Shown here in pieces: positions 12,476 to 25,607 of a stretch of DNA of 64,000 nt. Below the pieces are notes generated by a model. The model was not told where the DNA came from, ran no database searches, and saw only the letters and a program-made list of their open reading frames with translations. The position numbers and the translations under genes are program-made. This stretch comes from Octopus sinensis (taxonomy: Eukaryota), in contig NC_042997.1 in the NCBI RefSeq assembly GCF_006345805.1, positions 49,290,001-49,354,000 of the forward strand, written 5' to 3'. Within the stretch, counting starts at the first letter, position 1. Each line of letters starts with the position of its first letter.

Positions 12476-12698
12476 AGTAGGGTGTAGGATACTTCAGAGA
12501 ATAGGGCGTAGGTAACAAGTGAATAAAACTTGCAATAGATATCTAATTAAAACCTTATTCATCATATATACTAACTTTGCCATTCATAAGGGGGCACAAT
12601 ATTTTGCGGGGTTAATCGAAGGGGGCATGAGACAAGAAAGGTCAAGAAAAACTGTTTTGAAGTTTGATATCGTTTACAAGTGAAGTGTTATTGATTTC

Positions 12699-13108
12699 GG
12701 ATCTTTTCGGTTTGAACGGCAGTTTTTTCCTAGCGGTGTCATGTGAAATTGTCACCCATAATTATGACCCTAGAATCGATCTATTGCATTTCAATCTCTT
12801 TTAGGGTTAGAGGTGGGGGTAGGGTATCTTTTTTTTCTTCACAAATGTAAATAAACCCAATCTGTTTCTTAAACGGGGATATATTCATACGGCACAGAAT
12901 GCTTTTTAACTCAATAGACGTCACTGATTGGGTGAAATTGCAGAAATTGAAGAAAAAAAACAACAAATATCTTACAAACTATAGAATTTTCTCAATAAAG
13001 CCAAGAGAAAAGATGTTTTATGAACACATTCTACCAGTATACGAAGTTCAAAATTTTTTAGCTACCTAGAAATTATGTTAAAAACTGCCGTTCAAACCGA
13101 AAAGTTCC
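12699..13108. mobile_element. MITE with 29-bp TIRs (GG termini; Zator or PIF/Harbinger-like)
   Basis: GGATCTTTTCGGTTTGAACGGCAGTTTTT (12699-12727) versus AAAAACTGCCGTTCAAACCGAAAAGTTCC (13080-13108), 1 mismatch. Flanks are ttc and tta. Confidence 0.85.
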
Positions 13109-16100
13109 TTAATTTCTTATACAAGGTATAGTGTATGACATTTATGCAAGATTTTAAAACAGAAATGTCTTTTATAGGGAACGCAATAGAAGACAAGTGC
13201 ACACGAACAAAACAGTGACAATACGTCTGTGCTGAGTGTTGAGTAGTGTTAAAGAATGCATGGACATCAGAAAAATAAACCATACACAACAGCAACGACT
13301 TCCCTTTTTCCTTAGAAAAATCACTGGGATACTTCATTCCCTGGAGACCATATTTCTTCTGCGTGCTGGAGCACACGGCTGCGCGCATAGAATGGATTTC
13401 TAGTATTAATAATAGGGAAGATTTATTTTAATAATAATTATAGTTCTTTTAATAGTAATGGTTTCTTTTGAATAATAATGATGGTGATGACGATTTCTCT
13501 TATAATTCATGCTTTTAATATTGTCACTTATAACATAAACAAATGTACAAGTACAGGTTGTAAGCGATGGTAGGGAGAGAATTAGAATTTGGAAACAGTA
13601 GCACCATCTTTGTGACTCCCCTACATCCACTTTTGAAGTTGGGGGATGAGGGCGTGATTGTCTGGTGGGAATTGAAGAATAAAGAAAAGGGAGTTGATGA
13701 CTAGACAGACTTAGGAGTCAACAAAAAAGGGCGACGTGAAAAAAAAGTGTGTGAAGGGGAAAGATAATGGCGGTTTAAAATGGGCACACACACACACACA
13801 CATATATATATGCATGCGTATGTGTGTGCTCCAAAGAGGTTGGTAATTTAAAACTAAAGACAAAAATAGGATATGGATATAATCGTCTAAAAATGAAAAA
13901 ATATATATATAAGTAAGTTTCTCCCCGTTACCCCCACCCTAAGTAAACAACGAAGACAAGTGGATATCACATTAAAGCGGGAGTGCAAGTTTTGCAAATA
14001 AAAATATGGTAACTGGAAGAATTTTGCCCGGTAGGAAGATGCATTTCTCAATGGGGGGGGGGGTTCTCCGTGGTGTTTTGTTGGGGTTTAATTTTGCGTA
14101 AAGATTTTTTTTAAATAAATAATTTTACAGTTTTAGTAGTAACACTGTAAGTGAAATAATTCAAAGAGAAATATATTATATTTAGATTCACGGAGTCTTC
14201 CCCTACACATACGCTTTTTAAATCGTGGTTGAGGCGAAGGAAAAAGAAGGGGATAACTTCAAATAATATTACAGGCAAAACACTTCCTAAACTAAAAGTG
14301 TATTAATAAATGAAAGCAAGCAAGTTTTTATGCTGCAGTGATGAATCTTACTAATAGACTTTTAACATTTATTTCTCTCTATCCTTACTAATAAAGGAAA
14401 TACCACGAAAGAGAGATTAAAGGATATAACTTATAAATGATAATCTTAGCATTCAGAATGGATTCATTCCATCTGCATATTTTAAAATATCCGTTTAACG
14501 GCCACCAACCCGCCACCTATGTTTGCCCGTTTTCTATACCAGATTGGTGCCAATCCTAGTGAAATTTTGTTTTAGGATTTTTAGATATTCATTTCCCAAG
14601 ACTTGTGTTGTGCTCTTTTGAAAAACTTGACTCATTCCAGTCGTTGGAGCGGACACACGTTGCAGAATAAATATACGAATTACAGTTACATGTTGTATAT
14701 GGAAAACCCTGTGTGTAATAATAATTCCATTAAACACAAATATATTGAGAAATTTTAGTCGAGTCATTTCGTCTAAACAATTAAGCTGTGTTAAACTGAT
14801 GCAGTTTTCGCGAAGAAACCGACTTCCGCCACAATTTAAGAAGTTCAAGTTGATTCTAAGAAACACAAATTCTTAGAAATGAAAAGATACCGTTTTAAGA
14901 AATATAAGTTTATTCTATGATATAAAAATTCTAAGAAAAACCAATTTTCAGGTTTCCTTTTTGATTCTAAAAATTAAGTTTTCTGTTTCGTTTTTAATTC
15001 TTATAAGAAAAAAAAACAGTAAAATTTTCGTCTTTTTCTTCTTTGTAATGTTTCTCACGAATTTCTTAGGATTGGTGCTACACATATATCAAAATCGTAT
15101 TTTTGCAGTTTACCAGCAAACCATCTTTCAGAAACAAACAGCTTGCACGTTACAGCTTCAAATAAAATCAGTTGTTTGACCTTTCAAAATGAACAATCAA
15201 TCCTACTGTCTTTCACAAGTCCTCAAAGAAAACTGGCCAGAGACGGGACCTGGAACTGGATCTCAGGCTTGCTTCGCTGACTGCTCGTGATTTCCTTTTT
15301 TTTTCTCTCGCTAGTTTTAATACAAATTTTGTTGTCTTACTAATACAAGCTATATTCTCTAAAATCCTAAGATGATCTGATAACGGTCTTCCTTTAAAGC
15401 ATTTTAAAGAAGTCTTTTATTCTCACGCCTTTACCAAACATGCTGCCACCTACATATCTGGGAGGGGGCTAATACTTACTTACAAGTGATAGATGAATCA
15501 TGTAGTGGGTGAAACTTTGAGATGCATTACGACAGGGCATATTTATTTCTCAACAGATTCTGTTGACGTTAAACGAACCAATAAACGTGGGACGAATTTC
15601 TTCTGTTAAAGAGACCCAGCTAGTCCCTCACAAGTAACCTGTCAGTAAGCAAACTATCACACAGACTTGTCAGCTTAGTAATAAACTGGGTTTCAGTTAC
15701 TAAAATTTAACTACCTATGGAACTTTCTCTTTATATTATACTGGTGTGTGTGTGTTTTTTCTTATATTCAAATATAGAATTCGTCCTCTGTGCTTTTCAA
15801 CTTAATTTTTTCTATTCCACCACTTGTCTGGATTATATATATATATATATTATATATATATATATGCTTTTCCAGTTATTCAAAATTTATTTTGTTTTGT
15901 TCCTCCCCAACACACCAGCTGTTTTTATGGTAGCACACTGAACTTTTTATCTTGATGGATCAGACGTACAGTTTTATACTTCTACTGCAAAGATGAATTT
16001 GCTTCGTTGCCTCAAGAAATAATGACAAATGACAGCACTTTCGTTTTAACCTTTTGCTTGTCCAAACATTTTCATACGATTACCCTAAACACCAATGCTT

Positions 16101-16225
16101 GTTTTCAGGATTCTAGTTCGCCCCTTGTTTCATAGGTTCATGTAAGTCACAAGTTACTTTGGTGGTTGAAAAAACATTGAGAATATGTATCATATTTGAT
16201 GCTTGTTCTTTGTACAAAATGTAAC

Positions 16226-16960
16226 TAAACGAGGGAAAATTTGAGCTGATGCATTTTGGAAAAAAGACCATACTCTCGTCTTTTAGGGAAACCTTTCACA
16301 GCATCTAATAATATCAGAGACCTATGAGTTAATCTCAGTTGAAGTGCCCATATCAACAATAAGGTCGATATAGCTCGTAGAATGAGCTCCTGGATCTTAA
16401 GAACCTTCCCGGTCCAGCGGACAAGGTGTCATCATTCCATTTTTCTCCTTTGTACGGCCACACCTCGAATACTGCTGCCCCTAGTGGTCTCCCCATACAA
16501 AACAAAACATCTCAAAAACTGAATCACCCCAGAGGGCATTCACTACACGAATTAAGGGCATGACTGACTTCGATTACTGGGACTGCCTTAAGGCATTGAA
16601 ACTCTACTCGCTCTCCAGCGCCACCGCGAGCGATACATCATTTGCAAGATGTGGAGAATAAACTGCCAGCATTGTCCAAACGACCTCAACATTAGCTTCA
16701 AAATTCATCCAAGGCTGGGATCACGGGCCATACATCCCCTACCCAATTCAGGATCACAACACATAAATACACTGCGCAACAGGCCCTGCCCTATTTAACA
16801 TCGTCCCAAAACAGATCAAAGAGGAAAAGGATCACTTCACCTTTAAACGGAATCTGGACAAATTTCTTCAAGGAATACCAGATAAGCCACCTGTACCTGG
16901 ATACAACCTACTAAAAAAAAAACTCCCTACTCGAATGGACCATGATACAATAAAACTTGA
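16226..16960 (+). mobile_element. Decayed CR1-group LINE 3' portion
   Basis: Broken translation ...FELMHFG...FVRPHLEYCCP*WSPHTKQNISKTESPQRAFTTRIKGM...YW..LKALKLYSL..RERYII.K.W. Confidence 0.8.
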
Positions 16961-19900
16961 CTTAAAAAGTCTCCACAACGGCCTTTAATCATTTGAACAA
17001 GGAAAATACATACTAAATCGTTGTTGAATATCTCACTTCTCAAAACTGTATTTGAGCAGCTCATCTCATCCTTCCTCTTTAAGGCTACTCACTTCTAAAT
17101 AAGACGTCCCAATCTGTACAATCTTTAGTCGAAACATATCTAAGTTTTATCTAAATTTTATCACGTTATGATACACAGGACAAGCAAAGAGTTTAACTGA
17201 TGTAAGAGCAAACGCAAAATATGAATAAATGAATAACCTGTAATACAGACTTCAAAATTTATTTTTACGAAATGTTGCACTTAATTTATTGTGATATCGC
17301 CCCCAGCAATGTTCCGAAACAACAAGGTTGGTAATCTTTCGGTGAATATGAGAAGCCCAAAAGATTGCCACAGGGTTTTTAAAAGACCATGCCTGTGAAT
17401 GGAAAATGTGTAATTCATTCCATTTCATGAGTATTACTTATACTACATAAGTGGTCTTTAACTAAGCTCTGGCGGTTCTGTACTGTGATACACATTGCTT
17501 TCCCAACAGCAACTGAAATAAAATATGGGGTTGATCCAAGAAACAAATTTCAAGACGAACGCATATATATATATATAGTTTAAGATTTTGAAAGCATCCA
17601 AATGGTGGGGAAATGATTTTGTTTCGCTTTGTTATTTTTTTCTAACAAGATTAATGCCGGTTCGCTAATGCCTAAGTTTTAGATCAAAAATGTATAAAAA
17701 TGTACCAATAAGCATTTTACATAAATAATTGATAAGACTGTCAGAGTTTTCAATATTAAGGCCGTTGCCAAGTCAGCCTTGTAATAAAATTTGAAATCAA
17801 AATTAGGATTGTTACTTTAATTTCGTCCGTCTTTACGTTCTAAACTCAAATTCCACCAAGATAGACTTTGCCTTTTGAGATCGATAAAATAAGTACCAGT
17901 TGATTAGTGCGGGGAGAGGGGTGTCCATATAACCGACTAGCCCCTTCCCAAAACTTCAGGCAGAAAATATAATTATTAATCTTGAGAATACAATAATATA
18001 ATTAAATTGTTAATAAGAAGCGGAGGAGAAACCGAATATAAGAAAAAAGTTCCTTAAAACTAAAAACCAACGGGGGAACGTCTACATGTGCTAGGCCTCC
18101 GAAAACTAACCAAATCTCTCAAAATGTGCCTACATTATTATCATCTTTCTGTTAAAAAAAAAAATGAAAAGGATACACTAGATAAAGTAGATATAGATAT
18201 ACTATATAAAAAATAAAAATAATAACTAACAAGATTGTCGAATCTGGAGCGCTTTTGAATCACATTGATCTGTTTAATGAGGGGTTGTCCAGACAGAAAC
18301 TAAACAACCACCAGCTAAAGTAAGTTTAGTGACTTAGCAGTTTAAGAGCAGCGTGAGCGAGAGACAGACTAGAAGTGTGGGAAAAAAAGTTATGTGAATC
18401 GATTGACAGAAGAAAGAGAACACTGGAGTCCTTAATTAACTTAGTGTACAGACGACATACATGTAGGTTAATAGCGGTGGTTGTATTAGCTTACAAGTCG
18501 GCGCTGATCGAGCAGACCAAAAGCGTTCCAGTCGTGAACATCACACCGATTTTTTCTCTCGAAATATTGCGTGTCGTATGCGTGTGTTGTTAGGTTTAGT
18601 AACAAAGTCGGAACAGGCGTCTTTTGATATGATATGGTTTATAGTTTGATTAAAGCGGAGAGAGAAAGACAAAATGAAATGTGTGGGCGGAGAATCGAAA
18701 AGGTGGGGGGGGGACGAGGAGGATGGGCAGCAGTGGCAGCGGTAGCAGCAAGTAGCAACAAGTATTTTTGACTATCTGAAAGCAAAAAAAGAAAGACAAA
18801 AAAAGCAAGAGAGGGAAATAAAGACGGAAATTTACTTGCTGTGACTTATAGCAAAAAGTCTTGACAACGACGATAAAAGTGACTTTTTGGCAAGAATTAA
18901 AAAAGTATGAGTCAAAGAGTTCCTATATTTCAAAACTAAGATTAAAAATACGCACCCACACAGCTTTTAACATACAAATACAAACTGAACTTGTATGCGT
19001 GTGTGCATATAGACTACATTCATTCATTCATTTCAACTGTAGACACAGGCCGGTAGACCTATGATCAAATGAAAGACTTTCCGACCGTGACATAACCTTG
19101 TTTTTTGAAGTGTATCTGGGACTGTATTACATTACTTCAGTGCGTTTTTTCTGGGATTTTCTTAATGACGATGGAGGTATAAAGTAGAGATTTGGCTGCT
19201 ATTTCTAGCATTATGACCACATAATTCTTCGTCGATTCGGGAGGAGAAAAATTGTAGCTTTTTAGTTAGAATTTTATTGTTTTCACCCAGACGTTCTCTT
19301 ATAACATAAATAAAGAGGCGGGGGTGAATAACGTCGTCTACTAATACGGAGAGGTGGTCAGTGGTTTAGGTTCGATATTTCAGGGGGTTTTGAAATAGTT
19401 ATAGAGCGAAGTCTCAAAGCTCACGAAGAAACCTACGGAAAAGGAATGGAGTACAGAAGGAACAAGAGAAAACAAATTGAACTTTTGGAAAAGAAATTTA
19501 GAATCGTAATTTTCGCTGAAAGAAACACAGGAATAAGGGGAAAATGAAAGAAATAAAAGCTATCCTTTTCCTTTCTTATGATGTATGGGGCTTTGAGAGA
19601 CAACTATCTCAAAAAACCGCTGTCGATTCTTGTTACAGAAGGAAGTGTAAATAGTTGAATCTATCTCCGACCTTAGTAATAATCAAGATACTTTGGCGAG
19701 GGAATCCACATGGGTAAGAAATGGGAGAAAAGGGAAAAAAAAATTGAAAGTTTTTTGGAAAATAAATCTTTCACCATCGTAGTTTGTTGCATGAAATACA
19801 AGATTAGAAAGAAACAGAGAATGAAAGAAAGAGAGAGAGAGAAAGAAAATCTCAATTTTTTTTATCTCTTTTTCCTTCTCCATGAGCGAGCTATTCCGAA

Positions 19901-20396
19901 AAGTCGATATTTTATTTTATTTCCGATTTGGATCGCATTTCAATTACAAAAAAAAAATGGGTAAATAATTGCAGTGTAAGGCGGTGGTGGAGACACCATT
20001 TTAAATTCGTCACGTACATCTTAGTGGAAATTTGCTAACATGATGATACCTCAAGACCTTCATTCACACAAAAAGAAAGTTCACTTCAGTGTTTTAGAGA
20101 CAGAATTAGTTGAATCAACATCTGTGAATAGCTTCTTTCTTTGTCAGAACAGAAACTGATAATGATGAGATGATCATGATGATAGAATACGATGGGCTGT
20201 ATATGTACCCTAGATCTGGTACCCATTTTACTGCTGCTAGATAGAATTAACGAAATGAGCAGGAAAACAGCATTTGGACGAAGTAGAGAGTCAGCTTACA
20301 GGATAAAAAAAATTATTACTTCGCAGGTTCGATCTCCTGCATCAACACGACTAGGTGGGACTATTAACACCTAATACATACGATATATAGATATTT

Positions 20397-20514
20397 TTGG
20401 TGAAGGTAAAGAATATGCACACACACCCGGTGTTTAGGGTTCAGGGTTAAGATTGGGGTTAGGGTTTTTGTTACGCCGAAAACGAGTGGTGTGCGTATTC
20501 TTTACCTCCGCCAA
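20397..20514. mobile_element. Short MITE with 26-bp imperfect TIRs and internal TTAGGG-like repeats
   Basis: ttggtgaaggtaaagaatatgcacac versus gtgtgcgtattctttacctccgccaa; core tttagggttcagggttaagattggggttagggtt. Confidence 0.7.
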
Positions 20515-22360
20515 TATTTTTTATAAAATGCAATAAATATTTATTTATCCAATGCTCTAATACTAGAGTCGATTACTTGCCAAATTATGGTCAGCAGTAT
20601 TAAGGAGTTTTGACGTCGATTCCTTCTCTTGAAGGACGTTAGCAGAGTATATTGAACAACTCTGTGGAGAGCAGACACGTTAGCTTGGAATTTATCAGAG
20701 CAGAAAATCAACAAAGACAATAGTTAGCATGAAGTATCTAAGGATTTGATCGCATTCATACCTTTCCTAGATAAGCAAGAAAGAAAGTTATGACACAAGA
20801 TATGACAAAATAGAAAATTTAAACGTCAAAAACGACAAAAAACCAAAAAAATTACGATTGCTTTTGACAATGCTATAAGATCTGAAGATTTACAGGTGAA
20901 TGAGGTGAGAGGGTGACATTCACGCCTGGCTCAAGGCCATTGTTTCATTCATTACCGGTGTGAAGTTGGAAGAAAATTGGCTTCCACGTGAATCGAAACC
21001 GAATGCTAGATTCAGCTGGTTAACAGCTTAACTATAACAGTATTGTCATCCAAACAAGCGAAAACTGTACGGACATGATTGGGGGGGGGGGGGGAAGCCA
21101 CTCTTCGTCTTCCACCTGTTTCTCTCATGTCACATATACACAGAGGTATTTATGTTATGTGAAATCAGAACGATTAGCAACGTGCACGTCAGTCTATGAA
21201 GGTTTGCTGTTGATAATATATATATGTTACTGGTTCGTTGAAATATTTCGTAAAAGTTGTCAGAGTGGAACGTTAACGCAGTTATCAAGAAAATATTAAA
21301 AGGGATATAATAAGATTATTGTGGTAAATAAAAATTAAAAATACAATAGCCAATTCAGAAATACATATCTGCGAGGTTAAAGGTGAACAAAGTACTAGGC
21401 TTTATCGTAGGAGTGTGGGGGGATGTCTGTAAAATAATTGTATTTTGTAAATCGAGTTATCTCATGTTAACTTTTCTTATGATGCCTGGGGAGTAGCACC
21501 TAACTATAAAACAAATTTATCAATCTATTGTAAAACATAAGTTGAATTTTGAGAGTATTAATAAAGTTATAACTGCAATAATACTTCAAGGTACACGCAA
21601 CAGACATTAAACACACACACACGAAATGTCAACTTGTTACTAATAAAGTAAGGCGAGAGATGTTTATAACGAAACATCTGAAATTTGGTGGAGTTTTGGA
21701 ATAGATTGCTTTACCTCTTCGAGAAGAGGAAACACAGGGTTGTTTTAAAAATAAATGCATTTAAAAAAAGCAAAGAAATTTAATATTTCAATAGGAAATA
21801 CCTTTGCACTATTAAGTAAATAAGGTATAAAATGATTCAAGCACACATAGAAGAAATATCGATCTACAACTAATTCTTTTACATCAAGCTATTTTTCGTA
21901 AATCACAAAATCAAAACACTACCGCAAAGAAGCAAGAAATATATTTATAATATAATATACGAAATTGCCGCTTTTAGAACAAAAGTTATACATAATTACA
22001 CAAATATCCAAGTGTATGTATATATATACATAATACAACGATCTGATCATAAATAAAACTATGAAGTGTAAGTTAATAAATTCCTTTATAAAATGTTATA
22101 GGAATTTCTTTGTTTTACTTTGCAAAAAAAAAAAAAGTAAAATACAGTTTTTCTTACATAAGAATAAAAGCAGAATTTCCTTTGGCGTTTTCTTAAGAAC
22201 GAAAAAAGTCTGCAAAAAATAGCTAAACAGAAAGTTTTTTTTTGTTATGCAGGTAAGAGGGAAGCATCTGTTATGAATTATACACACACATACACACACA
22301 CTCGGACACACGGAGTGGGAGAACGAGGAAGTTGGGGCTTTAAAGGAAGAATAAAATGGA

Positions 22361-22366
22361 ACTTAC
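22361..22366 (-). promoter_or_regulatory. 5' splice donor of laminin gamma intron 1
   Basis: Plus-strand acttac is GTAAGT on the minus strand, directly after the LTLHL codons where laminin similarity stops. Confidence 0.9.
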
Positions 22367-22814
22367 TGAGATGTAAGGTAAGGTTGACAGAATTTGGATA
22401 TTGGACGTCCTTCAACATAGTCTCACTCTGCCACCAAGTCCAGTTTCCCTGTCCCTCGTAATCCGTCATCAGATGCGGGGAATGGTCAAATTGGGCATGC
22501 CTGGCATCGCAATAGTGACAGGATTTGGAGGCATCCCGTACCCCGACTTGTAAGCAATAGACCTGCGGGCCTTCCATGCCGCATATGTTGGTCGCCTCTA
22601 CCGGCAAGGAGAAGGCGGCATTCTCAAAATCCGGAGTACATTTCCTAGCCCGACCCCGATGGCCGTAGCAAGACACGGAACCGTCTTCATCATCGCTTCC
22701 TCTTTGAGAAGTGGGTGGTCGACGGCTTCTCGTGGGTTCGTGGGGTCGCTGTCCGGACACCAGCAATCGCTCCGAAGCTAATAGTAATAATCCGATTGAT
22801 ATCAACCAAAACAT
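22367..22814 (-). CDS. LAMC1: First coding exon of a laminin subunit gamma (gamma-1-like): signal peptide plus start of the laminin N-terminal (LN) domain
   Basis: Translation MFWLISIGLLLLASERLLVSG (hydrophobic signal) ...SCYGHRGRARKCTPDFENAAFSLPVEATNICG...YCLQVG...SCHYCDA...LMTDY...WTWWQSETMLKDVQYPNSVNLTLHL. The ATNxCG, TWWQSxTML and VQYPxSxNLTLHL motifs fit laminin gamma rather than netrin. The frame ends CTC A|GTAAGT (phase 1). Confidence 0.92.
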
Positions 22815-23288
22815 AGTGTTAAGAGAAAAACTAGGCCTACCTGAAACAGCAGGTGACCTGAACAAAGAGAGAAAGGAAGAGCAAAAAGAAGGAAAATAGT
22901 AATTTGTTTCCTGGCTGCTTTGAGAGGACGATTTCTTATTCATGAAATTACTAGTTTTAGAAGCAAAAGAACAGGGAGGAGGAGGAGAAGAAGAAAGGCA
23001 TGAAGAAGGAGAGGAGCGAACGGGCGGCGTTGGAGCTGTTGATTTATTTGCTGTCACGTCCCCTGCACCAGCAGCTTCTTGATCGAGCGTTAGCGCAACT
23101 TCCTCGTCTTCTGATGCCAGTAACGCGCTGCTAGTAGAAAAAGACGAGCGGTAACCTCTCCAAGTTGTAGTGTTGTTGTTGTTGTTATTGCTGCTGCCTC
23201 TAACCCCGCAACCGGCGGCGACACGGCCACAGCTGTCGTCAACTACCGTTGTTGTGTTCCATTGAAACGAGCCACCTCCGTACGCCAT
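22815..23288 (-). other. 158-codon stop-free in-frame extension upstream of the laminin signal-peptide Met (long 5' leader or N-terminal extension)
   Basis: ATG at 23288 in context GCGAAG-ATG-G, with another in-frame Met at 22943. The sequence is Ser/Pro/Asn low-complexity and has no stop before the Met at 22814. Confidence 0.5.
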
Positions 23289-24705
23289 CTTCGCTTCACA
23301 GCCACTGATGCCTGTTGCTGAGAACTCTGGGATAGCCCTTAGGCCGACAGAGAAAGACAGCGAGGGAGAGGATAGAACGAGTACTGAGAAGGAGGAAAGG
23401 AAAAAAATGAATGAGAGAATTCAGAAAGTGACGAAAAGAAAAGAGTTGAATGAGTTAGACAGGCCAAAGCAAAACAAGAAATGTTTATAAAATTGTGTTG
23501 GCGAGAAATAAAACGGAATGAGAGAAGAGAGAGAAAAAAAAAGGAAAAAAGCAGAGATCAAGCGAGAATGAGGAGAGAGGGTGACAGAGAAGAAGACTAT
23601 AGCTGCAAGGAGAGAGAAATAGTAAGAGGAAAGTAGTGAAATAAAAGAAAGACAAGTACTTCGTAAGAGAAGTATTGTGTTGTTAATTAAAGCGATGAAT
23701 AATAAATAATTGCTTAATTACTATTAAAGTGAAAGGCAGGCGTTTAAGTGATTGTTAAGAGAAGAGGAGGCAGTTTTAAGTTGTTATGCAAAACTTTATA
23801 AAGTTTTTATTTTGCTACTTCAGAATGAAAGGAAAATGAGATTAGGAAAGAAATACGAAGCTTTTCAAGTATAAACGTGGGAGTAAATTGGACTGAGGTA
23901 AATCCTCATTAATCACCTTCCAGACGGTAGCTTTCATGTGCATCTCTTATTTCTTTTGGTAATGTATGAATGCCACAACTTCCTATTATTTCTACGCCTA
24001 CAGGTCAATCAAGTCAGCTCAAACACCTGCGATAGGAAATGAATTCTGAGGTAGCAGTGTTGACGCAGAAAATACGTGATTCTATTTTACCGGATCCCCC
24101 CCCCCCTTGCGGATTGGCTGAATCGTTAGAGTTGGACAACAATGCTTTATGCCATTTCTTCTGGTTCAATTACGTTCTGGATTCAATCCCGCGTAATTCA
24201 ACATTGCGTTTCTAGTTTTTTAATTTTCGCTAATTTAAAGTATTTGTCAAGTATTGAAGTCGATGTAATAGACCAAACCCATCTCTTCAAAATTATTGGC
24301 CTCTACCTGAATTAGACATCGATGTGGTAAAGCTCAATATTTCAATTGCCTTGAGGGCGGTGATCAGGCAGAATCGTCAGCACGCCAGGCAAAATGCTTA
24401 GCGGCATTTCGTCCGTCTTTTCAAATTTCGCTGAGGTCGCCTTTGCCTTTCATCCTTTTGGGGTCGATAAAATAAGTACCAGTTGAGCACTGGGATCGAT
24501 TTAATCGACGGGCCCTTCCCCAAACTTGACGGCCTTGTGCTAAAATTTAAAATCAATATTTCAATAGCTCGAGTTCAAATTACGATAAGGTTGAGTGCAT
24601 CCAATGATGGATGAAATAAGTACCAGTAATAGGCAAGGTCGATGGTTCTCTAAACCTTTGAAAGTCAATTAAAAACGAAGATTCAGACTGGATGAGTTAA
24701 TACTA

Positions 24706-24707
<2 letters not shown>

Positions 24708-24760
<53 letters not shown>

Positions 24761-24805
24761 TCTCTCCCTCCCTCTCTCTCTCTCTCTCCCTCTCTCTCTC
24801 TCTCC
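24708..24805. repeat. (CT)n microsatellite about 1.4 kb upstream of the upstream laminin ATG
   Basis: Direct sequence. Confidence 0.95.
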
Positions 24806-25607
24806 ACGTTCTAACTCCAAATTCTGCGGCAGTTTGTCATGCTTCTGGAATCGTAAGTAAATACCAATCCTGTTGTCTCAGTGAAAATACGGATTACTTC
24901 CCTATCTGGAATACTTTGTGGCTATATATCTCTTTGGTTCACATCACAGCACCAACGTAATTGATATCTCTGTGATTACAAGGGGCAAGGTATATAAAAC
25001 TAATGCTGATCTAGAGACAAGATAAGCTTCCAAGTGAAAGGTCTCAGCTTATGAAGAAACTATCAGCTTTTCACACACGCACACGCCACCATTATTTTAT
25101 GCGTATTTTACTCATTGGTTTAGTCAAAAGAGAAAAATGTGTCTCTAGTTTTTCTGTGGCAACTACCTCACACGTGAGATAAATTCGAGCTGCAGTTCGG
25201 TAAAAAAAAAGAAAAAGAGCGATAAAATAATAACCAGACATAAAAATAAGCACTGGGGACAATCTGTTCGACTGAACCATTCAGGGCGATGCCCCAGCAT
25301 GGCCACAGTCCTGTAACTGAAACAAGAACTTGTAAAAGAGCATCGAAATCCCAAGTCTTAAGATACGTTATTTCCGGGTTGTTTACAAAGATTGTTTGAA
25401 AGAAAATTGTGGTCATCTTTGAAGAAAGAAAATATTGAAAATTTGTTCGTTTTTGTTTTTTACCTTCACCTAGATTGAGGTAAGAAAATAACAAGAAAAT
25501 ATGTAGGATTTCGGAGATTTACAAGACACCCATAACGTTTCATATTCGCGAAAGTAGGGACAAGAAACCAATCTGAAGTATATCAATCTATCATAAGTGT
25601 TAGAGAT

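Larger units (their letters stand above)
1..22366 (-). other. Probable large first intron of the laminin gamma gene (over 22 kb, running off the window)
   Basis: No KAFDITY/RPESFAIYK-like exon-2 peptide was recognised downstream of the donor, and the region is repeat mosaic. A short exon could have been missed. Confidence 0.65.

Noticed and set aside
14534-14866. 110-aa minus-strand ORF as laminin exon 2
   Set aside because: It has no resemblance to the expected LN-domain continuation and no convincing splice sites.
22278-22366. C-terminal 29 codons of the 336-aa ORF (SKFHFILPLKP...)
   Set aside because: This is read-through into the intron past the GTAAGT donor; laminin similarity stops there.
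22711-23490. Plus-strand ORFs near exon 1 as a divergent or antisense gene
   Set aside because: They are short and made of GA-rich low-complexity or antisense-of-coding sequence, with no recognisable domain.
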